A stretch of DNA of 64,000 bases, from assembly GCF_009914755.1 (NCBI RefSeq), contig NC_060927.1. One strand, 5' to 3'. A program made the position numbers and the translations under genes. The stretch is from the human T2T-CHM13v2.0 reference genome, Homo sapiens. Position 1 is the stretch's first letter. Every line of letters starts with the position of its first letter. The notes under the pieces were generated by a model that made no database searches, was not told the origin of the DNA, and worked only from the letters and a program-made list of their open reading frames with translations. This document shows positions 14,364 to 27,794 of the stretch, piece after piece.

Positions 14364-14636
14364 GGCTGAATGTGGTGGCTCACAGCACTTTGGGAGGCTG
14401 AGGCGGATCACTTGAGGCCAGTCCAAAACCAATCTCAGCAACATAGTGAGACCTCACCTCTACAGCAAAATTTAAAAATTAGCTTGGCATGGTGGCATGC
14501 TCCTGTACTCCCAGCTACTGTGAAGGCTGAGGTGGGAGCATCACTTGAACCCAGGAGTTCAAGATTAGGTGAGCCGTGATTGTGCCCCAGCACACCAGCC
14601 TGGGTGACAGAGTGAGACCTTGTCTCAAAATAAATA
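14364..14636 (+). mobile_element. AluJ
   Basis: Sense Alu; TSD aaagtttggagttt / aaagtttagagttt. Confidence 0.92.
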
Positions 14637-15069
14637 AAGTTTAGAGTTTTGACTATTCCATGATTCTAGACAACCTAACTAGCAAATTAAGCCTATTTGT
14701 ATAAATAAGACTGTCTAGTACCTAAGTATGAGCAGGAAAGTCACACCAGAGTTTTTATCCCAGGCAGGGTTAAAGCTTCTACCACAGTGAATACATTTTA
14801 AAGAGATGGGGAGAAAAAAGATAAAGTTGGACTTGTATCGTAGCCTATTACCAATGTGTTCACAGTATCAGTTACAGGTATTCATATATTATGCTTCTCT
14901 GCTGTGGCAGAAATTATTGTAGAGTGCTTGGTAGCACTGTATACAGTGGAATGTGCACTATACATATTTCCTGTTACTAATATTTCTGCTTGTTTAGTGT
15001 AAACTTCAGTCTCTCCAACTCTGCTCTTTCAGAATAGTGACTTCCAAATTTTCTATAGAATAATAAAAT

Positions 15070-15670
15070 ATCAGAAAAATATATTTAGCATCACTACTAA
15101 TCAAGGAGCGGTAAGTAAAAACAAAATACCATTTTTCATCTATGAAATAGGCAAAGGTTAAAAAACAACAATGCTCAGAGTTAGAGCAAGTGCTATGGAA
15201 GGAAAGTGCCATATACTCCAGAAGGGAATGTGAGTTAACACTATATTTTGGAAAAGCAAGTTACAATATGCATCAGGAACCTTGAAAATGTTTCTGACTC
15301 TTTGATGTAGCCATCCCACATGTAAAATGCATTCCAGGAAATTATCAGAGAGATATGCAAAGGTGTATGTGTAGCAGAAACCTGGAAACAACTTCAATAC
15401 CTATCAATAAGAGTGACTGATTAAATAATTACTTCATGTGCTAGAATAATTTACAGCTGTTAAAAATATGTCATAGCAAATTATCGCATTAGATGGAAAA
15501 ATACAATGCTTTTAAAGCAAGAAGCTATAGTGCATTTACAAACATGAAAGAAAATCTATGAAAATGTTAACAATGTTTATCTCTGGGTAATAGAAATAAT
15601 GGCAACTTTTTTTTCCTTTTCATTTAATTTTCTAAATTGTCCACAAAGAATATATACTGCATTTGTTAAC
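15070..15670 (+). mobile_element. Old L1ME-type 3' fragment
   Basis: catcactactaatcaagga…aaatacc atttttcatct…ttggaaaagcaagtt…aaaatgttaacaatgtttatctctggg. Confidence 0.65.
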
Positions 15671-16469
15671 AGGAAAAGGCATTGTGTCTGTGAGCCTCAT
15701 CCACATTGTCGGGCAGATACCTGGAATTGGAATTGCTGGGTGTATGTACGTTAAGCTTCAGCAGATACTGCTAGTTTCCAAAAAAATATACAGTAAATAT
15801 GGCGTATTTTTCTTAATTACTGTTTTTTTAGAAGTTTAACACAAAATTTACACTCCCACCAGCAGGGTATGTGGATGGCTATTGCTCCACACCCATGTCA
15901 GCACTTGGTATTATCGTGTTGTTCATTTCATTTTCATTTCATTTCCATTCTGGTGGGTACATGGAAGTGGAGGTGTCACATAGCAGCACCAAGCAAACCT
16001 GGGCAAGAAGGGCTCCCCTGCTCTGTGCCTCACACTCACTCCAGAGAGCCTCACATTTCTTCCTAACACTGCCAAGGCCTCAGGAAACCATTTCTCCATA
16101 TTTCTGGCCCTCTGTCCTCAACAAAATGTAACTCTGGCCAATTATCATGAAGGTGTGTGGGTTGTGCCACAGCCAACATCAGAGGCTGGCACTGCTTTGA
16201 GAGCTGACAAGGACTAGAGTGGAGGAAGCACTTAGCAAGGGAAAACACAAATTAATTAACTTGTTAAATCCACTCTCTCCTGTGGCATGGATGCAATAGA
16301 TTCTTGCATATTGGAGTTCCATTTCCCAATCATAGCAAGCACCATTTTCTTGCTTTTCTTCATGTTCTAATTCATGGTTCTGGAGGTAGTCACGAATCAC
16401 AGCTGAAGAACACTTAGTCATGTTAGCCAACCAATGACCTTTTTCAATTTGCATCTATGCAAGTCCACA

Positions 16470-16684
16470 CCAGGGCTTTGCAATCTTCACATTATTGACG
16501 TTTGGGGCCAGATAAATCTTGCATGTGTCTGTCCTGTGTATTGTAGAATGTTTAGCAGAATCCCTGGCTTCTATGCACTTAGATGTCAACAGGACCACCA
16601 TCCTTAATGTGACAATCAAAAATGTCTCCAAATGTTGCCAAATGTTTCTTGTGGGACAAACTTGCCCCCAGTTGAGAATGACTG
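16470..16684 (+). mobile_element. MER20 (hAT-Charlie)
   Basis: ttgacgtttggggccagataa…gtgacaatcaaaaatgtctccaaatgttgccaaatg…cccagttgagaatgactg. Confidence 0.88.
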
Positions 16685-16769
16685 ATCTAGACATTAAAAA
16701 ACATGATCTGGGATACTGGTCCTTCCCAGAAACAACTAGGTGGACACTGAATGCTGAAACTGTAGACAT

Positions 16770-17500
16770 TTAATTTATAAAAAATTTAATAAGATTTAAT
16801 TATTTAAAAAAATTAAAATTTCTTGACTTTAATTAAATAATTCTTATTTAGAATTTTGATAGTCAATACTTACAATTTTTAGCTTGACTTTTAATTTTAA
16901 TACTTTTAAAACTTTTGAGAGAAATAAATTTTTGAAAACATACCAAAAAGTTATTTTTTTATTTTTACATTTGTTTTCATTTAAATTTTTGATAAAAATA
17001 ATAAAATTGCATATATCTTGAAGATATATTTTAATCCTTTCGATTATTATTAATTAAATTAAAATTATGTGAAAGTATTGATTACAACATAGCAATTTTG
17101 CTAAAATGAGGCAAGAAGAATAACTTATGGAATAAGTACATATCACTTATTATTATTTATTTACTATTCACCCAAATACCACAGGCCCATTAACAGAACA
17201 CACGGATGTGCAAATATTAATTCAATTCAGTCTTCTTTGATAATTTAACGACTTTGTCATATAAAAACTGTAGCTTTATGTTTGCAATGTTGTCATTATT
17301 AAGGTATATTTGTTAAAGCAAGAGGATAAAACTTTTAAATCAGTTTTTCTAGGTTGATGGATAGCATTTAAATACTTAGCTGTAATATTTAGCATTAGAT
17401 TTAATTAAAATCTAATTTTAAAATCTAATCTAAAAATCTAATACTAAACAGATTAATAAATTAGATTTCAGATTTTGCATTAGAATAGTGTGTGGCCTAC
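16770..17500 (+). mobile_element. AT-rich decayed hAT (Tip100-like) transposon remnant
   Basis: aattatgtgaaagtattgattac…ttttgctaaaatgaggcaagaagaataa resembles the FAxxKARK end of hAT transposases. Confidence 0.4.
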
Positions 17501-17735
17501 AATTCTCACTCCCACCCCAAGCCACATGATGGCTGATGGCGGGGACAGGCTCTTCTTGTGGTCTTAATTTGCATCTTTCTGATTACAAGTGAATTTGAAC
17601 GTCTTTTTTGTTTACTGGTCACTTGGATTTCCTCTCTTGTGGCATGGCGGATGAAGACATTCACATATTTTCCCATTATGTTTTCTGCCCTTTTAAAATG
17701 GATTTGTTGACTTTATGTATTCTGAATATGAGCCC

Positions 17736-19965
17736 TGATATGGTTTGGCTCTGAGTCCCCACCCAAATCTCAAATTGAACTGTACTCCCATAATTCCCAC
17801 GTGTTGTGGGAGGACCCAGTGGGAGGTAATTGAATCATGGGGACGGTTTCCCCCATACTGTTCTCGTGGTAGTGAGTAAGTCTCATGAGATCTGATGGTT
17901 CTATCAGGGGTTTCCGCTTTTGCATCTTCCTCATTTTCTCTTGCTACCACCATGTAAGAAGTGCCTTTCCCCTGCTGCCATGATTCTGAGGCCTCCCCAG
18001 ACATGTGGAACTGTAAGTCCAATTGAACCTCTTTTTCTTCCCCGTCTCAGGTATGTCTTTATCAGCAGTGTGAAAACAGACTAATACAGTTAATTGTACC
18101 AGTAGAGTGGGGCATTGCTGAAAAGATACCTGAAAATGTGGAAGCGACTTTGGAACTGGGTAACAGGCAGAGATTGGAACAGTTTGGAGGGCCCAGAAGA
18201 AGACAGAAAAATGTGGGAAATTGGGGAACTTCTAGAGACTTGTTGAATGGCTTTGCCCAAAATGCTGATAGTGATATGGACAATAAGGCCCAGGCTGAGG
18301 TGGTCTCAGATGGCGATGCGGAACTTGTTGGGAACTGGAGTAAAGATGACTCTTGTTTTGTTTTGGCAAAGAGACTGGTGGCATTTTGCCCCTGCCCTAG
18401 AGATTTGTGGAACTTTGAACTTGAGAGAGATGATTCAGGATATCTGGTGGAAGAAATTTCTAAGAAGCAAAGCATTCAAGATGTGACTTGGGTGTTGTTA
18501 AAGGCATTCAGTTTTATAAGGGAAGCAGAGAATAAAAGTGTGAAAAATGTGCAGCCTGACAATGTGATAGAAAAGAAAAACCTATTTTCTGAGGAGAAGT
18601 TCAAGCTGGGCTATAAAAATTTGTATATGTAATAAGGAGCCAAATGTTAATCCACAAGACAATGGGGGAAATGTCTCCAGGGCATGTCAGAGGTCTTCAC
18701 CGCAGCCCCTCCAATCACAGGCATGGAGGCCTAGGAGAATATGGTTTCGTGGGCTGGGCCCAGTGTCGGCGTGCTGTGTGCAGTCTAGGGACTTGGTGTC
18801 CTGCATCCCAGCCACTCCAGCTATGACTAAAAGGGGCCAAGGTACACCTCAGGCTATTGCTTCAGAGGGTGGAAGCCTCAAGCCTTGGCAGCTTCCATGT
18901 GGTGTGGAGCCTGTGAGTGCACAGAAGTCAAGAATTGAGGTTTGGGAACTTCCACCTAGCTTTCAGAAGAGGTGTGGAAACGCCTGGATGCCCAGGCAAA
19001 AGTTTGCTGCAGGGTCGGGGCCCTCACGGAGAACCTCTGCTAGGGCAGTGCAGAAGGGAATTGTGTTGTTGGAGTTCCCACACAGAGTCCCTACTGGGAC
19101 ACTGCCTAGTGGAGCTGTGAGAAGAGGGCCACTGTCCTCCAGAGCCCAGAATGGTAGATCCACTGACAGCCTGCACCATGAGCCTGCAAAAGACATCAGG
19201 GCCAGTCCATGAAGGCATCCAGGAGTGGGGCTATACCCTGAAAAGCCACAGGGGCAGAGCTGCCCAAGACCATAGGAACCCACCTCTTGCATCAGCGTAA
19301 CCTGAATGTGAGACCTGGAGTCAAAGGGGATCACTTTGCAACTTTAAAATTTGACTGCACCCTTGGATTTTGGACTTGCATGGGCCCTGTAAACCCTTTG
19401 TTTTGACCAATTTCTTGCATTTGGAATGACTGTATTTACCCAATACCTGTATCCCCATTGTATCTAGCAAGTAACTAGCTTGCTTTGGATTTTTCAGGCT
19501 CATAGGCAGAAGGGACTTGCCTTGTCTCAAATGAGACTTTGGACTGTGGACTTTTGGGTTAAGGCTGAAATGAGTTAAGACTTTGGGGGATAGTTGGGAA
19601 GGCATGATTGGTTTTGAAATGTGAGAACATGAGATTTGGAGGGGCCGGGGCAGAATGATATGGTTTGGTTCTGTGTCCCCACTCAAATCTCATCTTGAAT
19701 TGTACTCCCATAATTCCCACCTGTTGTGGGATGGACCCAGTGGGAGATAATTGAATCATGGGGGCGATTCCCCCATACTGTTCTTGTGGTAGTGAGTAAG
19801 TCTCATGAGGTCTGATGGTTTTATCAGGCGTTTCTGCTTTTGCATCCCTCTCATTTTCTCTTGCCACTGCGGTGTAAGAAGTGCCTTTTGCTTCCTGCCA
19901 TGATTCTGGCCTCCCCAAGCCACTTGGGTATGTCTTCATCAGCAGTATGAAAATGGACTAATACA
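17736..19965 (+). mobile_element. Full-length THE1A MaLR: 5' LTR 17736-18088, internal 18089-19655, 3' LTR 19656-19965
   Basis: TG…CA LTRs, exact TSD agccc (17731-35, 19966-70), polypurine tract before the 3' LTR, THE1A-type aggggtttccgcttttgc. ORFs 18138-18632 and 18763-19212 are pieces of the MaLR internal ORF. Inserted into an old antisense L1. Confidence 0.95.
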
Positions 19966-19970
19966 AGCCC

Positions 19971-20530
19971 TTTCTTGATTTATGACTCACACACACACCC
20001 CACCCCACTCTGTGACCTGAATTTTCTTCTCTTTACAGTGTCTTTTGAAGAACCAATGCTCTCAATTTTAATGTAGTCCTGTGTATTAATCCTTCCCTTC
20101 ATTTTTAGTGTTTTTTTTGGGGGTTCTGCCTAAGAAATATTTTCCTCACTTCAAGGTCAGAAAGATATTCTCCTGTGTTATCTTTTATAAGTTTCATTGC
20201 TTTCCTTTCTCTCATGATTCTGTGATCCACCTGGAATAGATTTTGGGGTACAGTGTGCAGTAAGGCATAGAGCTTCATTTTTTTACATAAAGCAACCCAA
20301 AATAATTTACAGATAAATTGTTAGAATCAATAGGGGAATACGGTGAAGTTGCCAAGAGCAATATACAAAGGAACATATTTGTATGTTCCAACATTAGAAA
20401 AAATTTTTTATAGATACCATTAATAATATCAAAAACATCAAATATCTAGGAGTAAATCTAATGAAAGTTAAGAAGGACTCTTACATAGAAAACTATGTAA
20501 CATGACTGAGAGAAATGAAAGAAGCCTACA
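19971..20530. mobile_element. Old L1 fragments (antisense continuation, then sense ORF2 remnant)
   Basis: cctaagaaatattttcctcacttcaaggtcagaaagatattctcctg; aaatatctaggagtaaatctaa. Confidence 0.65.
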
Positions 20531-21067
20531 TAGATGGGAGGGGGGGGGCTGTACCACAGTTATGGAGGCTGACTGAGGGTCTCCTTGCTTCTTCCTTCCA
20601 AACCGCCTCTCCACTGTGGTACAGATTTCATTTCCCAGAGACCTCAGCTGGGGCTGTTCCCCTTCCCTGGTCTTCCCTCTCTAAGATTCCCCTCCAATCT
20701 ACCCTGTTTTCTTTTCTATTCCCTTCAGCCCTTCCCATTGTGAGATAGTAATGTTGGTCAAAAGGAGTGCTGGTCACCAAGGCTACTTTGGAAAAGGGTC
20801 ATAAGTGCTTTTAGGAAGCAGGGGGTGTGCAGGACCAACGAAGCAGTCAGGGGTAAGACAACAGGAAATAAATAGCAGAGCTGATGGTAAACTCCTCAAG
20901 AGCATATGCCTACTCTAAATTTGAAAAAAAAAAATTTAAAAAGCCATTTTGATCAAACAAATATTTGTAGACTAGACTGAGCCCACAAGCTACTGGGTCT
21001 TAAAAATCTCTCCAGGTGAGTCTAATGAGCTAATGCTGAGAACCACACAAGACCAGTAGAAGGGCTG

Positions 21068-21593
21068 TGTATCAGTCAGGGTCCCCAAAGAAATAGAACC
21101 AATAAGGTGCATGTGTGTGCACACGTGTGTGTGTGCCTACACAGGCATGTATGTAAAATAAGGAACTGATTTTACATGATTATGGAGGCTGCCAAGCCCC
21201 AAGATCTGCAGAGCAAGTCAGCAAGCCAGAGTCCCAGGACAGCTGATGGTGTAGTTCCAGTCCAAATGCCAGCAGGTTCAAAAACACAGAAGAGCCAAGG
21301 TTTCTATTTGAGTCCAGTCAAGAAAAAACTGAAGTCCCGGTTTAAAGGCAGCCAGGCAAGGGGGATTGTCTCTTCCACGGGAGAAGGGTCAGCTTGTTTC
21401 TTCTGTGCAGGCCTTCAACTGATCAGATGAGGCTCACCCACATTAGTGAGGGCAGTCTGCTTGACTCAGTTTACTGATTTAAATGCTCATCTCATCCAAA
21501 AACACCCTCGCAAAAACATCCAAAATAATGTTTGACCAAATGTCTGGGCACCCTGTGGCCCAGCCAAGTTGACACATAAAATTAACTACCACA
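21068..21593 (-). mobile_element. MLT2 (ERVL) solo LTR
   Basis: tgtatcagtcagggtcc…catgattatggaggctg…cagccaagttgacacataaaattaactaccaca; TSD ggctg/agctg. Confidence 0.85.
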
Positions 21594-22781
21594 AGCTGTT
21601 CTTAACCAGCCTTACCCATCAGACTCTCCTTAAGAACATTCTCAAAATGGAGTTTCTGTTCCAACACTGGAGTATCTGACCGGTCAGGAATGGGGTGGGG
21701 CCTACAGAAGTGTGTTTTGCTTTCAAGTTAAAGGCTCAGCATAAACTGGGATGGGAAGCAGGAGTCAAATCTATATTTATAAATGGGCTGATGTCTGCAC
21801 AGCACTTCCTAAAGCTGAGGAGCAGAAGCCAGGGGACTCTCCACTAACAGCTTACCCCTGGAATGAACTGGGAATGGGAAACCCAAAGACAGATGATCGT
21901 AGCCACAGTTTACAGAACTGAGGACAGAACAGAGTTGGGAAGTGGGCCACAGAGTGACTGCTTCTGGGAGGGCAGAACTGTGGGCCAAGAAGGTGGACCC
22001 TAACCAGACAGGACATGGCCATGCTTGGGATGGGGAAGGCCCAAGACAGAAAAACAGAAAAGGAAGGAGATGAGCTAATTCAAGACACAGGGACACTGAT
22101 AGCAAAGTAGGAGGCTTCAAATGAGAGACTGCCAGGCCCTGAAGAGACTGACTTTTTAACTAGCCAATGGGGCTGGTTTATGAGGAGAGATAGGAGCCAG
22201 TTAAGGCTTATTTGGGCACCTCATTGTTTGGTTTGACTTTCGTTTGTTTAGACCAGAGGCAGCTCACATGTTGGTGAGCCCACTGGCTATTTCTCATTGC
22301 TGTGTCCTGACCTGGGACTCTTAGAAACCCCTTTGATGAAGCATTGCTCCTACAGGTGCCTGGGCACCCAGGGGCTCCTGCTGAGAAGATGCCCTCCGCT
22401 TCCTGCTGACACTGACGCTTCCAGAAGTGAGTTAGTTCTACCCCATTTTCCTCTGCAGAAAACTCTCACTGACTTCTCAGCCCCTCGGCAGCTTTTCCCA
22501 GATAGGTGTTGTCTTAGTCAACTCACCCTGCCAGGACAAATTACCACAGACTGCGGCTTAAACAACAGAGATTTACTTCTCACAGTTCTGCAGGCTGGGA
22601 ATTCCAACAGCAAGGTGCTGGAAGGGTAAGTTTCATTTCCAGGCATCTTCTCTTGGCTTGCAGCTGGCCACCCTCTTGTGTGCAGTGGAGAGAGAGATCT
22701 CGATCTCCTCCTCTTCTTGTAAGACACTAATTCCACCATGAGAGCCCACCCTCATGACCTTACGTAACCTAATTACCCCAC

Positions 22782-23490
22782 TGCTGTGGTCTGCTTGTGT
22801 CCCACAACGTTTGCATGTTGAAACTTGATCACATATGTGATAGTTCTAAGAGGCAGGGCCTTCAGGACGTGATGAAGTTACGAGAGTGAAGCCCTCACAG
22901 GGGATTAGGCCCCTGATAGAAACACTGGAGGCAGTGAGTTCATCCCATTCCATCTCTTCTGCCACATGAGGACACAGTGTTCATCCCTTCCTGAGGATGC
23001 AGCAACAAAGTGTCACCTTAGAAGCAGAGAGCAGCCCTTACCAGGTGTTGAACTGGCCGGCACTTTGATCTTGGGCTTCCCAGCCTCCAGACTGTGAGAA
23101 ATACATTTCTATTCTGTATCAATTATCCAATCAGGGCCAGGCACGGTGGCTCATGCCTGTAATTCCAGCACTTTGGGAGGCCAGGCGGGTGGGTCACTTG
23201 AGGTCAGGAATACAAGACCAGCCTGGCCATCATGGTGAAACCCTGTCTCTACTGAAAATACAAAAATTAAAATTAGCCCAGCATGGTGGTGGGTGCCTGT
23301 AATCCCAGTACTCAGGAGGCTGAGACAGGAGAATCACTTGAACTCAGGAGGCTGAGGTTGAAGTGAGCGGAGATCATGCCACTGCACTCCAGCCTGGGCG
23401 ACAAAGCAAGACTCTGTCTCAAAAAAAAAAAAAAAAAAAAAAAATTACCCAACCAGGTATTTCATCATAAGAATGCAAGTGGACTGAGAT
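22782..23490 (+). mobile_element. MST-type MaLR LTR nested in MLT1A, itself split by an Alu
   Basis: tgctgtggtctg…catgttgaaacttgatc…ttcccagcctccagactgtgagaaatacatttct…ggactgaga. Confidence 0.78.
23135..23443 (+). mobile_element. AluS
   Basis: Full Alu with long pure A tail; TSD aattatccaatcag / aattacccaaccag. Confidence 0.95.
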
Positions 23491-23875
23491 GCTCCTAAGG
23501 GACTCATCTCCAAATACCGTCACCTTGGAGATTAGGGCTTCAGCTATGAATTTTGAGTGGACACAACTCAGTCCATAGCTGGCATCCTACTGGCTTCAGG
23601 ATTTTTGCCACCTTTCCTCTCTCCAAACCATTACTAATGTACTTTTAAATTTTAAGTGGGTCACCTTAGCTCACCTTTTAACTCAACTTTATTTTAAAGG
23701 AAGATTTAATCACTGTAATACAGAGAAAACCCCAGCTCATTTGTGTGTATAGTTGGGAAAGGCAAAATTTATTCTACCACCTTCTCTGAGAGGATTGGAT
23801 CCCAAGAATCAGAGTAATTAATACTAGCTACAATAACAGTAAGTACAAAATCTGAGTGGCTTCAGGCTCTAAAGC

Positions 23876-24108
23876 AGGGGTCAGCAAACTGCAGCCCACA
23901 CGCCAGATCCGGCCCGTTGCCTGGTTTTTGTGAAGGATCTTTCTCTGGGGCATAGCCACACCCACTCATTTATGTGCTGTTTCTGGCTGCTTTTGCGCTG
24001 ACAGCAGAGTTCACTGGTTGGAAGACCAATGACCGCCAAGTGACTGCGGACCGCCAAGCCTCAAGTGTTAACTCTTGGGTCCTTTTCAGGAAAAGCTTGC
24101 TGAGCATG
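23876..24108 (+). mobile_element. MER58A
   Basis: caggggtcagcaaact…atccggcccgttgcctg…ctggctgcttttgcgct. Confidence 0.82.
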
Positions 24109-24189
24109 CTCAAAGGTTTACTTCTCACTCCTGTCACAGTCCTGTTGCGTTCAGTAGACAGCTTTTCACGACATGTGAAGAGACTTGTG

Positions 24190-24480
24190 CTGGGACTTGG
24201 ATTGCATCTGCCCAGGAGCAGATCCTGAGTGACCCCAGGAAGCCCCATTAGGAGAGTGGGAAAGTGAAACAGGGAAAAGAAGCAGATGGAGGAAGTGTTC
24301 ATGAGCTGTCATCGCTGTGGGCACTTGGAGCTCCTTCCTGCTGGGGACCTGGGCCGCTGTGTAGGACACATGTCAGAGTCATCCCACTCGAGGGCAGTGG
24401 GAGTGGGGGTATTTATTCACCACTGGCTGAGGGGCTTGCACTCCCCAGCACTCTGGCCCATGCCACAGGCAGCTGGAGCC
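24190..24480 (-). mobile_element. Old ERVL LTR (LTR16/LTR33-like)
   Basis: gcagatcctgag…caggaagc…gggaaagtgaaacagggaa…gggggtatttattcacc; related to 29055-29330 and 46064-46260. Confidence 0.45.
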
Positions 24481-25399
24481 CGACCCTGCTGCCGATGAAA
24501 GCTCCCAGGCTGGAGGTTACGTTTCTTGGAGTAAGAAGCGGTGAGTCCAGGAAAGGGATCCCAAAGGCACACCAGCGGGCACCCACAGGGCATGCTGCCT
24601 GGTGCCATGGACCCTCAGGGCCTCCGTGGAGTACTCCCCTTCCTCCTCTCCATTTGTCAGCTGAAAAGCCAAGAGCAAGAGAACAGCCTTCACGCCCAGG
24701 GCCAGAAGGGGCTCACTTTCCTCCACTCCCTTTCCATCCATGGCAACCGTCACCTGCAAGGGGGCCAGGGAATGCAGTCAGCTTGCCCAGGAAGAGGAAG
24801 TAGACTCATGAACTTCTAGCCAGTCTCTGCCTTCGTAACTTTCACTTAAAATTTAGTTTCAAGAAGCTATGTGGGTGATCCCCAAAGCCTGTATTTCTGG
24901 ATTTGTCAAGTAACTTAGCGGTAGAAAAGCATTCCTTACTTGGCGGCCATATCACACCTTCCAAATGCCCCTGCACAGGCTTTGAGATATTTTCAACTCA
25001 TGCTCTATACAAGTGCAGATGGTTTAAAGATGCCTGGTTATGGCTGAGGGAGGTAGAGAACTCACTTACAGGAATCTGGCTTCCCTGGCTCTGGCACACT
25101 CCTGGACGAGGTCCTTGGCACCTAACTCTCCAGGCATTTCAAACCCAGGAGGTCTTTAGGCCTGCCTTTGTGGTAATACCGAGACAAGAGGACATCAATG
25201 GGGTGTCTGCTTTGTGCCAGGCACATTGCTACATCATCTTGAGGTATCCATAACACTACAAACAGGCTCAGGGATGAAAAGTATCAACTAGTGGTTATCA
25301 TGTGCGTATACATTAACTCATTTACTCCTCAGTCAAAATTCTTAGGCTCCTTGTCCTTCAGTTTTCTCATGTGTAAGATGGAGGTGAGAATACCTGTCA

Positions 25400-26005
25400 C
25401 TAATATCCATTCTTCCTGTCCTCCTTTGTATTATAATAGCCCATCCACTACCATCACCAATTTTTAGCTGCATACATAATTGTCTGGGATAATGCAAACA
25501 TTTCCCAGGCTTCCTTGAGATATGTGACTAAGTTCTAGACAATGAGATATAAATAGAAATGTCATACGCAACTTCTAAGGAGTGTTCCAAAGGAGCAAGC
25601 CTGAATTTCTTCAACTATTCCTTCTTCCTACTGGCTAAAATATGGATGTGATGGCTGGTTCTTGGGCAGCCATCTTGTACTATGAGGAAGACAATAGATA
25701 TTGAGAAAGGATGAGGAAAAGGACACAATCAAACCACATACCAGCCTATGGCTCTCCCCTTTGGATATCATTCGCCTGTCAGGGAAATTGATCACTATCT
25801 AATTTAAGCCTCTGATGCTTGATCAGCCACATTGGTATGATCTGGGAATTTGTTAGAAATGCAGAATATTGACCCCCACCCCAGACCTGCTGAATCAGAA
25901 TCTGCATTTTAACAAGATCTGCAAGTGACTTGTGTACAAAATAAAATCTGAGAGGCACTGGTTCCAGCAGCTACTGTTATCTGAGAGAGGCCTGTCACTT
26001 AACAG
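25400..26005 (+). mobile_element. Old MLT1 LTR with nested MER5A (~25815-25960), inside a MIR
   Basis: tgtgactaagttctagacaatgag…gcagccatcttg; tgttagaaatgcaga…cccagacctgctgaatcagaatctgcattttaacaagatc. Confidence 0.7.
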
Positions 26006-27119
26006 CTGAACTCAGTCCTAACTAATGTCCCACTGCACAACACTGCTGGGAGGATTAAATGAGTCATGAAGTCAAAGCACCTAGCACAAGGCTCTGCCCA
26101 GCATGGGGAGTGAGAGTTCATGGGTTAAATTGCCTTGGGGGTGGGTTCTGTGATGGAGCACAGATTTATGGCAACATTGCCATCTGCCCTGTGGGCTCAA
26201 AGACATCCCCTAACTGTGTGAAACTTTGGAGACAGAGCAGAAGGGGTGCAGTATTTGTTGAATACCAACTTGAGAGGTTTTGTAGAAGCCATTAATTAGG
26301 GACCAGGGGAGGGAGAGGTCCTGGGATGTGCCTTCCAGAGCCTGCTGCACAGCTTTGACCCCAAATGGTGTAGACCTAGGGAGCAGGAGGGGAGGGAGGT
26401 CTTAGATCATTGAGCACGGGTGGCATGTGAGGGACACAAAGCACCCTCTTCATAATGCCTGCGAGCATGAGAACAGCCACATACTGGTCTCTCATTCCCG
26501 CACCCAGGCTGTGGAGGGAGAAACCTTCTGGCTGAGGAATGGCTCTGCTGCTGTACTTATCCCAATTTTCCAGCTGGCCAGGCTTTATCTCTCCTGTGAT
26601 GTGATTGATGGAGCTCTCCGCAGGGCCTCCCATTATGGTCTGAAGGACACGGTGGCCTAGTTTTCGTGCAGGGATGCAGGGAGGCCAGTCATGCGGGACT
26701 GTGGCCCACTGTGTGGGGTATTTTGGAGACAGATGGGACTTTTCTGACCAGGAGGTCATGGGGTGGTTCTGAGGCAAGGGCTCCTGTAAAAATGCCTGTG
26801 CTCAGCTGAAGCAGAAGGTTCCTAGAATGGAAGGAGCAAGAACTGACGTGGGCTCCACGTCCGTCGCATGCTGTGGCAGGCCTGCCCTGCTCCTGCCCTA
26901 CTCTGTGCTGTCCACCAATTGTCTGGTGGCTGGAGCATGCCACACCCTGACAGCCCAGGAGGGCTTGGTGGGTATCCCTGCCAGGAGAGTCCACTTGAGT
27001 GGCTACAACAGTGCTGTGCTCTGTGTGTGTGTGAGGCTGTGTGTTTGTCTATTTCTCTGTGTCTCCACCATCTCTATTTTCCCCAATACCTGGAAGCAGA
27101 ATCACAGCATGTTGAGAGG

Positions 27120-27300
27120 TCTCTGGGACTACATTGCCCCGGTTGTTGGAATCCTGGCTCTAGCTGTTGGACCATGGACAAATTACTTTGCTGTGTCACA
27201 GATTTTCTATTTGTGATGGAGATCATTGGATTGTTGTGAGAATTAAATGAGTTGACCCATATAGAGTCCTCACAGTAAGCCCTCAGTCAATGGTAGGTGA
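27120..27300 (+). mobile_element. MIR
   Basis: gaatcctggctctagc…ttgttgtgagaattaaatgag. Confidence 0.65.
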
Positions 27301-27794
27301 TGCCTTCCCTCCCCAACCCAAGGTCCTACATACTACTGCCCAGCAGCCTGAGAGCGAAGGGCCTGCACCTGTCAGGAGTCTGGGAGGATATGCTGGGGAA
27401 GGTTGATGGGGCAGAGGTGAGGACAAGCCCAAAGGAGGTACTTCCTCACCTCTCTCCCCTTCCTCCTCGGTAACTCACTAGACGATCCTGCCCTCCTGCA
27501 AAGTGACATCTCAAGTCACAGCCACCTGGCAAAGCCTTCCCTTTAGCTGTCACAGCAAAACAGAAAAGGCCAGGGTTGAGTGAGAAGACCTGGCACCAAC
27601 ACTCACTGTACAATCTTAGGAAAATGACTCATCCCCCTTGAGCCTTAGTTTCCCCAGGTGTAAAGTGGAGATGACATCGTCTTTGCCCTCCACACGCCCC
27701 TAGGGCTGGCTAGAACTCGGAGACAACTCTGCCTCCTCCAGTCTGTGTTCTCCCTCCCATTCATGGGACTCTTCAGATGCCACCTGTGTGCTGA

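Larger units (their letters stand above)
22509..23579 (-). mobile_element. MLT1A LTR (22509-22780 and ~23492-23579) split by a nested LTR
   Basis: tgtcttagtc…aaacaacagagatttacttctcacagttctg…ccctcatgacct…; resumes catctccaaataccgtcacctt…cagtccatagc. Confidence 0.8.

Noticed and set aside
18138-19212. MaLR internal ORFs as a functional gene
   Set aside because: Broken by stops and frameshifts; typical decayed THE1 internal sequence.
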